Position numbers and translations under genes: made by a program
Shown here: positions 23,341 to 37,819 of the stretch, piece by piece
Numbering within the stretch: position 1 is the first letter of the stretch
How the letters are laid out: each line of letters begins with the position of its first letter
The notes under the pieces: model-generated
Seen by the model: the letters and a program-made list of their open reading frames with translations, nothing else
What the model was told of the DNA's origin: nothing
Databases searched by the model: none
NCBI RefSeq assembly: GCF_009914755.1
Contig: NC_060931.1
DNA: 64,000 nt
Direction: 5' to 3' (one strand)
From: the human T2T-CHM13v2.0 reference genome, Homo sapiens

Positions 23341-26109
23341 TGTTATTGTGCTTCTCACAGTATCAGAATTGTCAGACTGTGTTTACAAACATATGCCATT
23401 TAAAGAATTTAGGGGATTTGTGAATGTAATGAAAGTTACAGGATGTTCTTCATGGTTTGGTTATATAAACTTGGTTGAAAAGTAGGGAGCGAAGTGATGG
23501 GAGAGCTGAGATCTTAGAATTTACTATGAAATAAAATTAAAATACACTGCCTCTTGATTACTAAGCCCAAAGTGACTTACGCTGACTTCTATTTTAGATT
23601 GCAATGTGGCTTACAGTTGGATTGTGCAAGAATCTAATAACCATTCCAAAAGAAAATAACTAGGGGTAAAGATCAAACTAATTTAGTGTGACATAAAATA
23701 AATACTTACATCCTTTTTATTGTTGTGCTTACAGCCAAATGTTACATAAGGTGTTATTTTTAACAGATGGATTAAAATTTACTATTTGTAATGGTTTACA
23801 CTCATATCCAAAGGAAAACCACTAGAGGTGGTTTGCACCAGATTAAAACTTTTTGAAACAAAATCATACTAGCAAAAGCAGCCTCTCCCATGTGGTTGTA
23901 AAGTAATAAAGGAGAATCAAGTCAACACAAACTAAAGTTTCATGTGTGACTTTATAATTTGCAGAGTAAGTAAAAGCATCTGATTCATGTGAATTGGAAA
24001 GGCAGAAAGGGCGGTGGCTGAGGGCTGCCTTTGTCCCTATCAGATGGCCATTCAGAACCATCAGGGTAGCTCTACTGCAGAGGCCAAGCCTTTCCTTCCA
24101 CATTTTAGTAACCACCTGACACCCATGATCATGGCCCACACATTTACTTGGCCCTGTTTAGCCAAGAAGAAAGGGCAGATCCTTGGTGCCCCTACTCACT
24201 CTTTGGTGAGAGAAATATCACCAAATATACCAGTACATTTAAATACACCTCGAATTCTCTGGAAACCAACGAAAGGTGTAGATACACAAAATGGAAATCA
24301 ATAACTACCTATGTATTGCCAGTACATAATCCTTACTTTCTCTTAGTCCTATCCACTGTCATTGTTTTATCTCAAATTCCCTGGCAAACAAGGCTCTATG
24401 CAAGGCAAGAAATAACACAGGACACAATAGCAAAATGGGAAAGCTGAAGAAGTGAATGGGATAAATCCTCTCTAACATGTCCCCTACTTAATGGGTACAG
24501 GAACTTTGCAAACTGAAAGATAAATTTCAATTCTCAGTGTGAGAAATTATTTCCTTCACCGGCTTAAAGTTGTTTTGCTTTCCCCAAATGCCCAATTCAT
24601 CATTTTTTGAGAAACTATACTTTAAAATACAAGAATGATTTCAAAATTTCACTTGCCACAATTCCTGTAACTGTGCCCATATCCAACACATCCAGTGCTT
24701 TAAAACCACAGGGAACCTAATCCAGACTATTTCCATAATATAATTTTAACACCCTTTTGTAAGGTCTTAACAGTTCCACAAGAATTAGCTGTCAATATCA
24801 TTTTTGGTCAAACGTTTCAGATTTCCATAGAGGTCTAGGAATGAGCTCACTTACCTTAAACCTTAAGTCCTTTCCCTAAGGGAGAACAGGAAGCCATTTG
24901 GGGCAGGCTGCACTCCCCAGGTAAGAAGGAGGCAGGACATAAGGCCCAGTTCTTGCTCATTCCTTACACCTAAGGAAATCTTCACCAATTGACTCTCCCA
25001 CTTCTACCCACTGAAAACCACAACTCTCAGGGAATACTGCCTTCTCCACTAACCCAACATATTTCTAACCATAGCCCAACCATCATTTGCTTTTAAATCT
25101 CTCCTCTTCTCAGAGGTTGGACTCACAATGCATACTCCTTGGGATTCCTTTCTGTTCTTGCCAAATAGAGCACATAATACTTCTGTAACCAGCCTTCCAA
25201 AAAACAGAGCATACACAAGCTAAGTAGCTTTTGGAGTTGAAATTTAAAATAATTTAAGAGATTTCCATGTTAATACCAACATCTGTAAATAATAAAAAAA
25301 TGCAAAATTCATGTGAAGTTTTACAATCAGAGAACTTCACAGGCTCACACTGGACTTTTCGCTAAAAGACAAGATTCCCAAGGGTGACCATTAGTCTCCT
25401 CTGCTTTGAGGGATATACTTATGGAAAACAGAGCAATTCTTTTCAACAGGTAGATGTCCAAATCGGCCATCTTATTCCACTGGTGATACAGGAGGCTACA
25501 ATTTGGTGGGGAAGTCACTGGCCTCACTGTTGAGTTTGTTCTGTGTCAGAGAGGGCCAGCTGAGCCCCAGCATCTTCCCCACCATGATCAGTATGCCACC
25601 CTGCCCCGCAGCAGGAATTGGAGTGGTGAGGTTATTAGGAGCAGGGATCAAGGCCTGCACTCTCCAGTGAGGCTCATCAACCACCTCCTGCCACAGGAAG
25701 AGGTCAGCAAGGGCTCCCAGCCTCTTTGGCTTAAGTCACATACTTTCCCCTAAAGGCCAGACCAGCAATCAAGTAGAACCACTTAAAATGCTAGCTACCT
25801 GAAGATACACCAAAATACATAAATTAACCACTTAAAATGGTAGCTACTTGGAGATACATAAAAGCCTGAATTCTACCTATGAAGGGGAGTTGGTGTCAAT
25901 GTGTAATAAGTGAAAAGGTAGGCAGAATATGAAAGAGGTTTGGAGGTCAAGGAGAACCTCAGGTGAAGAAATGAATGAAACCTCTCCCATGATCTTACTG
26001 CTCAAGTCATCTAATGGCTCCCTTCTGGCTGGGTATGATGGGATTGGAAAGCTAGAGAGGCTGACTTGTTGCAGCTTCTCTTGGGCTAAAATGCCTGTAA
26101 GACACACGG

Positions 26110-26300
26110 TTGATAACAGCAATACTAGCAGTTGCACTGAATGAGTACTTTGTGCCAGGCACTTTGATAGGCACCACAAACATGCTGGTATTATCCCTGT
26201 TTTACAGGTGGACATTGACTTCCTCAAAGTCCTCAAGTAGTTCACAGTGGAACAGAGATGAATTTTCAGGCAAGTCTGCACTCTTAACCACTATGCCACA
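26110..26300 (+). mobile_element. MIR
   Basis: TGTGCCAGGCACT...ATTATCCCTGTTTTACAGGTGG...CTCTTAACCACTATGC. Confidence 0.65.
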
Positions 26301-28167
26301 CTGTCTCCCCACTACAGAATTCTCTCCTCTTTAAAGGTTTTTCAGACCCTTTTCTCTTTGGCTATCAAGTGAAGGAAATATGGGCTGACTATACGGAACA
26401 TTACGAGCTTGCAGGTTATAAGTCAATTTTCCCTGACCAAAGGGAGTATCTTTTATCAATTTAGCCTCAGCTTGTTCTTTCAATATTAAATGCACCCCAG
26501 TGGTTGTCATAACTGATGCAGAGCTGAACAGTGAAGTTAGTGATGGCAACAAGTTGTACCTGTGAACTAGTTGTACTGAGAAGATTGTCTTCCCCATGCT
26601 AACTTTGCTTACAAATTGCCATGGGACAAGCCCAAGAGAAACATCTCTTCTGTCTTTAACCTGAGAACTTCCCAGTCCCTTTTCCTTTCTGACCGCTCAT
26701 AGAAGAGACATCTAACTATTTGAAGTGTTTCCCCAGTATAGCTTCCCTCAAGGTGTTTGCCCCCTCACTGGCCTGGAGGAAGGTTCTGATGGCAGAAGAG
26801 TCTCTTAGATTCCCTGGAGGGCTTTTCCCATGCTGCCTGAAACATCCTTTGATGCTCTCTTCATGCTGTCTAGCAACAAATGAATGACATTCCCTCGCGA
26901 AGCCTGCTTACTTTTCACTCCATCTAGCCTTTGATTTGCCTGGAAACTCAAAAAAAAAAAAAAAAAATCACAATAAGGAGCAAGCAGAGAAAAAAGGCTT
27001 AAATTGAGCGAGTTTGGATGGAAATAGAAATTAACTAGTTACAGCATGTGATAATCAAAAATCAAGTATGTGGTAGAAAAATCATTCTGAAAAGAGACAG
27101 AAAATCCTTTTGAGGAATGCAAAGGTGCAATCTGTTATTTTATTCTATAGCTCTAAATTTACATGGATTTATTGCTGTACAAGAGGTTGAAATAATTGAA
27201 GAGGTTTAAGTGACAAATCTCCCTAATCAACACAAGTAATTTATCTCTCTCATATTCCTTTGAAACAAAGTATTCTAAATGAATTTCCACTTTTAATTGC
27301 TCTACTAACTGAACATGGCACATTTTGCATTCAATTAAGGGAGAGTTTGTTGACCAAACTGAATGAAATTATAACTTTTTTGGTCAAGTTATTTAAAATT
27401 TATGTAAATTTTTAAAGTATAAAGTGCAACAGGCTAAATGAACTCAGCTTTGATCTGTCATAAAATTATAACATAGCTGATTCACTTAAAAACAAGTCCA
27501 ATATAGAAAGAACAATGATAAATTTCCCATTAATCCAATTAAATTCAGGAATATAAAGACTCTGGTTCAATCTTCCTTTAATTTCCCAAATACCACTTAT
27601 TTTCCTGCTTTCTCTTGTTCAATTTTAACATTCACATTACAATACACTTATTCTGGGACAGCATCGGATTACAAATAAAAAATATGCATCGATAAGCCCA
27701 TAAGCACCATTTCAAATACTATGTCAATGTTAATTTGATTTTAATAAAGAACATTCTTAATATTAAATGAGCACTGTTTCATGTCTAAAACCGATTTTAA
27801 AGAGGTATCTGAAAATGTAGTATAAAGTTATTGCTTTCAAAGTTAAGTTGGCACAATCTATACAAGATTGAACTGAGACAAAAGGAAACCACACCAGTTA
27901 ACATAACCAATCTTTGTCTTCTTTTAACATTTTATATATCTGGAAAAGCTATCCTTTTACAGTCTTAATAAAAGGGCTTTTTCCGCCATCTAGATACTTA
28001 GCTTCTTACATGTTAAGACACATCTAGGATATTACTATTTTTAACCACAGCAACAATTTTTTTTCCAAGTTAGGCAGTATAATAAATGCTTGAAAAACCT
28101 TGTGTGAGTTTTTGTGAAGTTCTGTAGGTATATTACTTTGCCAGATAATACAAAAAAAAAAAAAAAT

Positions 28168-29776
28168 TCACAAAGCAAAACCAAGAGTATTTATTTTCAT
28201 TATTTTAAAAAACTGCAACATTTATTTCACAATCCCTGGAACTGTAAAATAACTATTCTTTTAATTTACAGAATTGAGGGAAGTATTTTAAATGTCAAAA
28301 TACACATGCTGAATGTGATTTAGCATATAAGCACCAAAAATCCCAAAAGTATACAAAGATTGTTTAAACATATAAGGTGCATTTATTCATGAATTAATTA
28401 CATTCAGTTTGAAGGAAGAAACAGTACTCCAAAGTTCATCAATATTTAAGAAATTATCCGAATAGCTTCCAACTTGGTTTACAGCTAAATAACAGATACT
28501 GCTTTTAGGTTTTTTTATACAATGCATCTAAACTTTAGGTTCGAAATTTAAGTGCTGCCTTACACTGTGAATGGCAGTTTGATCACTAAATTTATGTTCC
28601 AGTTTGAGATACTTCATACACAACATATATTTAATGCCCTGAAAACTTCTGCTTAAAAACTGAGTTATTTAGTGAACATCTGAAGGTAACAAAAAAAGAT
28701 AGATCTTCTATATTTTTATGTAGAATTGGGTATAAAGTCATTTGGGGTCAAACACAATTATTTTTTAAATGTTATCAGTCCGCCCAGTAATAAGAACTTT
28801 TGTAAATATGCCACTATAGCTTCGGGCAATAATTGCTATTATGAAGTTAGATAAACACAGGATTAATTTCTTGGTTTACAAATCAAAATTATTGTGATAT
28901 TAAAGCATGCCTCCTTCCAAACCACTTGGTCAATGCTGATAACAATTAAGAAAAACGTATGCTAGTATTGCTCTAAATATACTGACTTAGCTGTCCTGAA
29001 TGACCTAATTAGGTTGGGGAGGGGACTTGGCCTGGTTCTCCAGTTCTGTGAAGCTGCCACCTCCAGCCTCACTCTAAATAGCTTATACAAAATCAAGTTA
29101 TTCCCATAGCTAACACAAATCCAGCAAGCTGTGGTCCTAAATGCCATCTACATTTATATATTTACTTTTTTACTGTGTACATTAAGAATTTTGTTGTGCT
29201 TTTCACATATCCGATGTATGTTTTCATATTAAACATTCCTCAGTTTCTTGGGAAGGAAAGAAAAAGATCATGAAAAGAGGTACATCAGGAGAGTCGGACT
29301 GTAAAGTAACATTACACACACAACTAGCCAAATCTCTTTTTAATTTAAAAGATAATGTCATCACAACGCAACATATAGAAACATAAAAGAAAATAAAGTA
29401 TCCACCCTAAAATCCCTATTATTCCATGATATTTTCATAGCAACTAGTATATATATCAATATATTTTTCACAAACCATTCAGTTACACATTGTGTATGCT
29501 TTTAGAATTTAAAATATGTATTACCATAGCAGTCTAAACATTGTACTTTTAGGGAAATGTGCGGAGACATGGTTCAGTGATTTGATCATTGTGATGATTA
29601 TTTACAATGCTATCTATTTACGTTAGCAATAAATAATCCTGATATCAAAAGAGACAATACTCATGCACACACCAAGATGGCTGCATGCTCTTAAAATATT
29701 TACACATAGCTCTGCCATTTATAGCTCTCCCATTAAGAGTGAAAGTGCGCTTTCTTCAATTCTCTCCACATTTCCA
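28168..29776 (-). other. FAM3C: FAM3C 3'UTR
   Basis: Follows the TAA at 29777; AATAAA on the minus strand at 28190-28195 followed by a U-rich downstream element (A-run 28152-28166). Confidence 0.8.
28190..28195 (-). terminator. FAM3C: FAM3C polyadenylation signal AATAAA
   Basis: TTTATT on +; poly-T downstream element ~25 nt further on the minus strand. Confidence 0.75.
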
Positions 29777-29866
29777 TTAGTCTTGCTTCTGGGGGATGCA
29801 TCCTTCCATTTCTACAACTTCAGGCCATCCTTCATATTTGTTTGTATCCTTATTGTTCTTTATGTG
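29777..29866 (-). CDS. FAM3C: FAM3C last coding exon (exon 10)
   Basis: AG acceptor 29868-29867; HIKNNKDTNKYEGWPEVVEMEGCIPQKQD*. Confidence 0.97.
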   Translation of the reverse strand, partial: HIKNNKDTNKYEGWPEVVEMEGCIPQKQD

Positions 29867-30458
29867 CTATTGGAACACAGTAATAATATACAGTTTAAAA
29901 AACCGTTGTAAACTGCTGATTTGCCGTAACATTTTACACACTTCTCATTTCAGTAATACTCATGTCAACAATAAGTTCATTTAAATTACTGGTCAAGATA
30001 TTAAATGAGTGACCCTCAGGCTGTATCACATACATGGCAGACCTTCAAATAACAGCTGAAAGAATACATTGCACGTGCTTTTAAAGGATTATTTGCTACT
30101 CAAAAACTAACATTTACATTCTACTAAGTTCTAAAATATTTCCAAACTTCACTGATTCTAAAATCCAAAGCTCAATTAAAATCCTTAATAACTAAAGCTT
30201 CCGAAAAGGCTTAAGATAGGTAATCCTATTCCAATGCATTGTCCTGTAGGAAAAAATATTCCCATGCAGAATTTTCAAGTTTTGAAATTTAAAAGTACGA
30301 TAGTTATTTCAAATAACTGATTACCAAGAATTTATGACAAATATATGATCATATTTACTATCCGCTTTATCTAATTTTCAAATAGCTGGGATGGGAAAAT
30401 GTACCGTAAGGTTTCACAGAATTTGTTTTTGTTAATTCTGAGAGTCTATGACACTAAC

Positions 30459-30585
30459 CTGTTCAAAAGGGCTTTTTGTCTTAATGCCCTTCCCACCACA
30501 GAAGACCCAGTTGTCTCTAAAACCAAGATTAGTAATAGATGTGCTCCCCAAATCAGCAATGAGCCGCCGTGCCTCATCATTGAGT
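30459..30585 (-). CDS. FAM3C: FAM3C exon 9
   Basis: [42 protein letters not shown]; AAG acceptor, GTTAG donor; 127 nt. Confidence 0.97.
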
Positions 30586-32777
30586 CTTGAAGAGGGAGAG
30601 AAAGAATACAACAATAAACAGAGGGAACTGTATGCTAATACTGGTTCACTGGGATATTAACACAAAACATGAGACAAAATGAGACTTTAAATAACAGAAC
30701 ATTTTGGAAAATAATTTTTTTTCAGAGTTACATTTCTACTGGTTGAATTCTTTAGTGACAAAAGACATGAACTCCAACAATTAATTTTAAGTTTATTCTA
30801 TTAAAAGGACCTGTTAGGTTTTTATTTCACAACAATTCACCTTCATTTAACTTTTTAAATTACACTCATCAAATAAATAAGGGATACCACAGTTAGTAGA
30901 TGCCTATCCAGGCTATCCAAGGTCTTAAGCAATCAATATTTTTATAAAATTAATCTTTTTGAATCTCCACTAAACCCTCTGTAAATTACATTTGACCAGA
31001 ATAAAGGTAAATGCTGACAAAAATCTGTATGTTTCTAACACTATGTTTTATTTAAAAGAAAATGAATTTTGAGAACAGATATATAAATTGTACTTCAGTG
31101 ATAACTGCCAAGTGGTTACTTAATAAAAATGAAAATATTAACCACACAGCAGCTAAATGCCTACTAGCAGGAGGTGGAGCAGTGACAGAAGTCAACCACC
31201 AGGGAAACTACTAATTGAAAGATGTCCCTAAAAAATTTTGTGTAAGTGATCATCCTAATGGTCAATGATTTTCTCTCCTTTATCTCTAAGGAGAAAAGAA
31301 ACTCAGAACATAAATGGTAGCTATAGAGCTTAAAAAAAGAAGAAGAAGAAAAAATTAAGGGCTACTTGTACACATATTTGGCATTGAGTCCTATATACTG
31401 CGCAAAAGACAGCTCTAACAGGTCACTTAGAGAGGTTTGTTCTGCTAAAACCTGAGGCAAGGCAAGTTTATATTTCCAAACAGCAGGAAAGTCAGTGAGG
31501 AAGGTACTTATTCATTCTACAGTGTTCTTTCAAACCTCTCATGCTAGTATCAAGTAGCTCCTTTAATATCTTAGTGAAAGAAACACTACATAGAACAGTT
31601 CTCATTTAACTAAAGAAAAAGGGATACTCTTATGGTTTTTTTAAAAAAGCTTCATAAAACAGGAAAGAACTACATATATCATTAAACTTTCATGATTGAT
31701 GCCCACCACATCCGTGGGGGCTGTGGAGCTGTTTTGGCCACAGCCTGGGCACTGCTGTCCACCTGGAGGAAGTTCACTAGAATCAGCAAGAAAATAAGCC
31801 ATAGCCTGTGGAGCATTTAGCCTTTCAGATTCGCCTCCTATATTAAGTGGTACATTTATAGCCAAGTGAACTAAAAAGAAGTGAAATGACTGTGCAGAAG
31901 AACCAATCTCAGCCTCTGTGAAGATTGTGAGGCCTTCACATGAAATCTGTGCATATGCACTGGCTTTCCCTCCACAGTTCCTCTGCAGCTTCGTTTCCTG
32001 TGCCCATCCTTACATGAATTATCCATCACTTTCCACTTGTTTGCTCACTTGATAACCAACTTTGGTGCTAGAGGGAAATGCCCCAAAATTATCACCTGAA
32101 CCTTGTTTTCTTGTTTCCAAATGTTATTGGGATGCCATGGATCTAAAAGGCTGTCAAATTCCACTTGCGTAGTTTATCCAAATGTTCTATTTTCTAACTA
32201 CCTTATGGAAGTCTACACTTGCATCATCAGCACTAGCGATGAGTTTTGCTGCTGTAACAAGAATAAATAGTATTGAAATGTCTAGAGCACAGGCAGTAGG
32301 CTCAGTGGTCAGCTAAATGGACTGCCTCCTGCAGAGAGGCTTTGGGGTTCCATTCACATTTACATCTCAAAAAAATTATGAATTGATACCTCACAGGCCT
32401 TTAGGGTGGCTCATAAACAGCTGAAATGATGAATGTGAAGTTCACAAATGTTAAGAGATTGCTTTACACAGGAAAAATTCCCTGCAAAATAGAAGGTTAT
32501 CCAAACGCAGGTCCAGCTCCCTGCCAAAAGTAAAATCTTATCCAAGAATTTTGCACCAACTAAGAAATATGTTGAAGGGCAGTCAGGCATTCTTATTTTT
32601 GTACTCCTGAATTTCAGAAGTGACCATTATGATCTGTATGAATAAACCAAGCTGATTTACAATCAAGCCAGAGATCAAGGAGAAACTTAAAGATTGAGCT
32701 TTATGTTTTAACTCCATTAATCTTATTCCTTGCTTTTCCATTAGAAGATACTGAGATCCTGTGCAGATATGCATTAA

Positions 32778-33270
32778 CATAGCAGGCCTGAGCTTAGAAA
32801 GGCCTACTAGCAAGACTGACCCTTGGCTATCTGGCCACTTGGATTTGCGGAGGGCTCCTATCATTTTCAAAACTGATAAGAATGGTTCATTGTGTCTAAA
32901 CTGTGGGCAAAAACAATGCAATTTATGCTGAACACTTGTTTTCTCTCTGGGAGTCTGGTATTTTGCAACAGGTTAGGCAGAGGGTGCCTACATGACCAGC
33001 CCCTAATAAAATCTCTGGGCATTGAGTCCCTAATAAGCTTCCTTGCAGACAACATTTCCCATGTGTTGTCCTAACTGGTTGCTGGAAGAATTAAGCATGT
33101 CCTGTTTGACTCCACTTGGGAGAAGACTCCTTTGTCCCTCCAGACTTTGTCCCATGAACCTTTTCCCTTTGCTCATTTTGCTTTGTGTATTTTTGCTTTA
33201 ACAAATCACAACCATGAGACCTACTGGAGAACTGTCAAAACTGGGAGTGGTTTGGGGGACGTCTAACACA
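32778..33270 (+). mobile_element. Solo ERV LTR (MER21/LTR47-like)
   Basis: AGGCAGAGGGTGCCTACATGACCAGCCCCTAATAAAA...TGTCCTGTTTGACTCCAC...GGGAGTGGTTTGGGGGAC..ACA motif set; family assignment from memory. Confidence 0.65.
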
Positions 33271-34599
33271 TAGCCCTGTGTATATCTAACTACAGTTTTA
33301 TAACAAGATGACTTTGTCAATGACTTCTAACACTTTCTGATCTGCCTATGTAGAATTTGGTTGATTATTTTATTATTATTTTTAGATATCTTCTGTGTAA
33401 CTAAGTAAAAAAAATCTTTATATTTCAAAAGTTTAAAATCATGTAACATAGCCAGTATTTAATTGAATATACAGGAAATGTCAAAATGCCCCTTTTTTAA
33501 AAAAGCCAGGGCAGCAAATATATTTTTATATAGCATAAAGGTTGGAGATACAAGCTTTTTATTCCACATAGGGCACTCTGAGTTTGTTACATATATTTTA
33601 ATCCTTACTAATGGTCTTAACTAGCTGAGTTAAAAATTTATGTCAAATATATTATTTTAGTGAATAATTTTCTTCAAAATGAACAGAAAATTATCCTGTG
33701 ATAAACCAGGATAGACAGAGAACGGTATCAGGTTTTGCTAGAAGACAATCTAATGCTGCCCAGAGGCAATCTAAACTAGAAAGGGAGGAAGTGGGAACTG
33801 GACACAGGAATCTGTGGGTTCTGCCTCAATCCTTGCTGGGAAAGGAGGCACATCGGATAGTCCTACAGTTGCACCATCAAACCAAGCCAATGCTGCCTTT
33901 CTGGAAGCACAGAAAGCAAGACGGACAATATTAATGGCTCAATTCTGATTAATAGGGAAGAACAAGCTGGGAAGGAGAAAGTCTGGAAGAAAATCGCCAT
34001 ATTACCTCAGGGCGTTGAAGAGTAAGAAATGCTAACTATATAAGGCATAAATGACGACCCAGCCTAGACTTTAAAGAGAACATATTATACAAAGTTCGGA
34101 TTAGAAATTTTTATGAGGGAATACGACTCTTTACAAACAAACAGAAAAACTCTATAATTTTCACTATATAATTGCTAACACTTCCAGAAAAAAATGGAGC
34201 ATAGTTTCTAAATTAGTGCTATCATAGGGATGTTTTATGATGGACTCAAACTTAAGAAAGGAAGTGTGCAAAAATACAAAGCAAACCACATTACTAATGA
34301 CAAAATTTTTAATACTACTAACCAGGAAGACCTGTAGTGCTCAGAATGAGATGAAACTCATAAAATTATTAAAAGCCACAGAAACAGCTTTTGCTACTAA
34401 GTGTGAATAACAAAGGGACTCACTGTTTCATGAGAATGATATATCATCCAACCAAAGCATGACTATCTTTTACAGGGAGGCAAACATTCTTTGATCAACA
34501 TAAAAAGGGAATAGTAGCTCAAGAAGTCCATGTAAGTGCTCTAAAGTAAATTTAAGCCTCCAGTCCTGTAAACCCCCTCCCCCACTTCACACTTTTAGA

Positions 34600-35745
34600 T
34601 TGTAAAGGAACTTGTTGAAATAATCATCAAGGTAGTGTCAGTTATTTTAGAAGCCTCATGGAAAATGGGAGATGCTAAGACATTATCCCTGTTTTCAAAA
34701 AAGGCAACAAAATTTTAGAAATAATGGTCCAATAAAACTAATGTGAATTCCTACCAAAATCCTTGAAGGGATGACAAGAAGATCCTGTGAGCATTAAAAA
34801 GCAATAAGGAAAGAAAGGGAAATAAAGGGGAACTAGTGGGAAGGAGAGGGAAATAAGTAAAGCCAAGTTAACGTCATCACAACTATTTCAGCTTTTGAAG
34901 AGGTTTTCAGGCAGTAGATCAGGGTACTGCAATTAGCACAGTCCATGAATTTCAAGTGAGCATATGATAGTCTCAGAAAATAACCTCTATGAATAAAATA
35001 ATGAAATAGCAGCTGGATGGTATTCCTGGTAGGGTACACTGGCAACTGTTTGAAAAGTAGTTTCTGCAGCTGATTAACAGATGCATCCCTTGGAGGAAGC
35101 CTCTAGCAGGGTGGCACACCGCCCTTGGTAAACATTTTTATCAATGACTTATATTTAGACATAAGCATGACTTTGAAGAGAGTACAAAGCCTGGATCATG
35201 GAAACTTCATAGGACGAATGTCAGAATCAAGACCAAGTGGGCCTACATCAGCAAAATTAAATTTAACAAGGATAAATGAAAATAAAGGCCTTCATTTAGG
35301 TTAAACAAAATCAAGTTCTGAATGAAGAGAAAGACCTGATTTGACAGTGGTTTAGAAAAAAAAAAAAAGGCCTGAGATCAAATAAAAAGATCTGAGAATT
35401 TAACTTGACCAAAAACTCACGAGCCAAAAATGTAATGTGACTGTTTAAAGAAAACTAATACAATTCTAGTCTGCATGAATATTCAAAGAAATGTAATCTC
35501 TGAAACATGGTAGCTAGCATCTGCATTGTACCTTGTACTGGCCAGACCACATCTGGAACCCTGTGTTTGATTTGATGCATTCATTTTAAGAGAGACAATA
35601 ATCAACTAGAGAATGCCTAAGAAATATAGCCAGGAAGATGAAACAAATTAGAAGCTATACATGACAAAAAGTTAAAAGAGCCTGTGTATTAAGCCGGAAA
35701 AAGAGAAAACTAAAAGAAAAATACCAATTAGCTTCAAATACCTGA
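34600..35745 (+). mobile_element. Ancient L3/CR1 LINE fragment
   Basis: Degenerate CR1 RT-like sequence (CCCTGTTTTCAAAAAAGG, AAATTTAACAAGGATAAATG, GGCCAGACCACATCTGGA, TTCAAATACCTGAAG). Confidence 0.65.
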
Positions 35746-37618
35746 AGTATCAAATGATTTGGGGAATACACTTACTGTTTTGTTGTTCCATCTATCCAAA
35801 TTAAAGAACATCAGGCAGAATTTAGAGGGAGACCACTCTGAGAATGTAACACTGTACTGTGAATATTTTGTTTCAATCTATTTCAAATGGAGAAATGAAA
35901 GGGTACTGGCACATTAAGTAGGTAGGGTGTTAAGTAGAGGTATTCATAGAGAACAAGAGAATCTTGCCCAGGCTCCAATGCTGCTTTAGGTGACCTTTAA
36001 GATCCCTTCTTACTCCAAGACATTCATATTGAAGCCCTTCACGTAGGCATAACATGTCATAGAGTATTCTCTCCAAAAGGAAGAATACAATTGGCAAGTT
36101 TAGCTTGCTCATTCAAACCATTATCTCCTTTATAACCAAAGAACAACTTATTTTAGTGAGGGTCGGGGTGGAAAGTAGGTATCATTAGATAACTGTACTC
36201 CCTGAAGTGTTAAGTTTTCTTAGATGTAAGTTTTTCTCTATCTTGTTTTTTAAATGGGCTTCACAGAATCAAGAAACACCATGATTAACAAAGGAAAAGA
36301 TGTTTCTTTAGGGCAGAACTTCAGAGCCTTTCATTGTGAATCCCGAAAAGGGGCAAAATATAAGGTACCATCCTCAAACTTCTTTGACCATTATATGTAC
36401 TTGTAAAGGACAGGGGTTCTACCAAACACACTCTGGGAAATAATGTGATGGAGATCAGTCCTAGTCAATCTGCTGAAGTTCATAGCACTGCAAAGCAGGC
36501 TCATCATGATTAAGAGAAACTAGGATCAGAGACGACGAGAGAGAGAGAGTGAGTGAGTCAGCTGGGTCCTGCTTTCTCTGGTTAACATGCCACCCAACTT
36601 TCTCTCTTGGAAAGAGCAGGGACATTCAGTGTACGCACTTAACTTTCTTGAGTATAAGTGGAAGAAAACGAGGTAAAATTCAATGGCCTTAAATAAGGAA
36701 AAGCCATAATACATCAGCAGCAGTAAGCAGAATTTCTATTCATATATAAGAGAGGGTATATAACACAACTGGTAAATCACTGCAAATGTGCCACAATTAG
36801 ACACCTGCCAAGATAAAAGGGTTATATATATATTAGATGTAGATTGCCTTTCTTAAGGATGTTGTCCATTTCAGTATAAAAGATATGATGCTTACAATTT
36901 CTTTTACTGGTATTTAGGAAAAGGAAATATTTGAAATATAAATTCGTGTGCCCCAAACTAATACAACTCAATTCATTTAAATTCACAGATGAATCATATA
37001 TTGACCAAGTGACCAAACGTAAAGAAATTAAAGTTTAGATTTTTCCTTTTGCCCTAGAGGTTGAACTCTCTTCCAAAGCTGCTTTTGGTGCATTTAATGG
37101 GCACCAAAAAATAGCAGTTGAAGAGTAAACATCATTCCTCCCCTAGTTCTTAGTTGTGGCTATAATTTATTATTAGCATATTAGCAGGTTAAGGGGAGCA
37201 ATTTTGATTCCCATCAGGTATAACAAAATAATCTGGTGAAAAACGGAGGTCATGTTTGTCAAGTCAGAAAAGTGGGGCCTTTTCTTTTTAATGTTAAAAC
37301 TTCAAATTTTACACGTAATAGCCTATTCTCTCAGCAAAAGCAAATAGCAAGTTACCTGTTTTTTGATGAGAGCCTAATTACATCCTGTTTCATTCTATTT
37401 AGGTAGATGAAAATGCTTGAATAGGCGAGTTTTATGTTAACCTTCAATTTATGGATTTAATATATTCTTAGTTGAACCAGATAAAACGCACAATGTCAAT
37501 GAAATTACTTCAGCTTACAACCATTTATAAAGTATCACTGTTTTCATGTAAATCTGTGATAATGTAGCTATAAAATAATACATTTATAAAAATCAATACA
37601 TAAAAATACAAATTTCTG

Positions 37619-37711
37619 TATAAATCTTGTAGTATTAAGGCTCTGTCAATTAAAATCTATAAAATCTATAAATCTTGTAGTATTAAAGCTCTGTCAATTA
37701 AAATCTATAAA
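37619..37711. repeat. Tandem duplication, period 48 bp, 1 mismatch
   Basis: TATAAATCTTGTAGTATTAA(G/A)GCTCTGTCAATTAAAATCTATAAA occurs twice. Confidence 0.92.
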
Positions 37712-37819
37712 GGATGTTTTTTATCCTTGATAAGTCATCTGAAGAAAAGTCAGAGAAAAAATTATTTTTTTCTAGAAAGAAGAACATTAAAGGGGATTTA
37801 ATCTCAACCAGAGAGGCAT

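Noticed and set aside
26846-26935. Two CCTTTGAT TCF/LEF motifs suggesting Wnt feedback
   Set aside because: CTTTGAT occurs many times across this AT-rich window; a pair is not distinguishable from chance
28168-29776. hnRNP E1 BAT element in the FAM3C 3'UTR
   Set aside because: Known from the literature, but I cannot locate it reliably from the sequence alone
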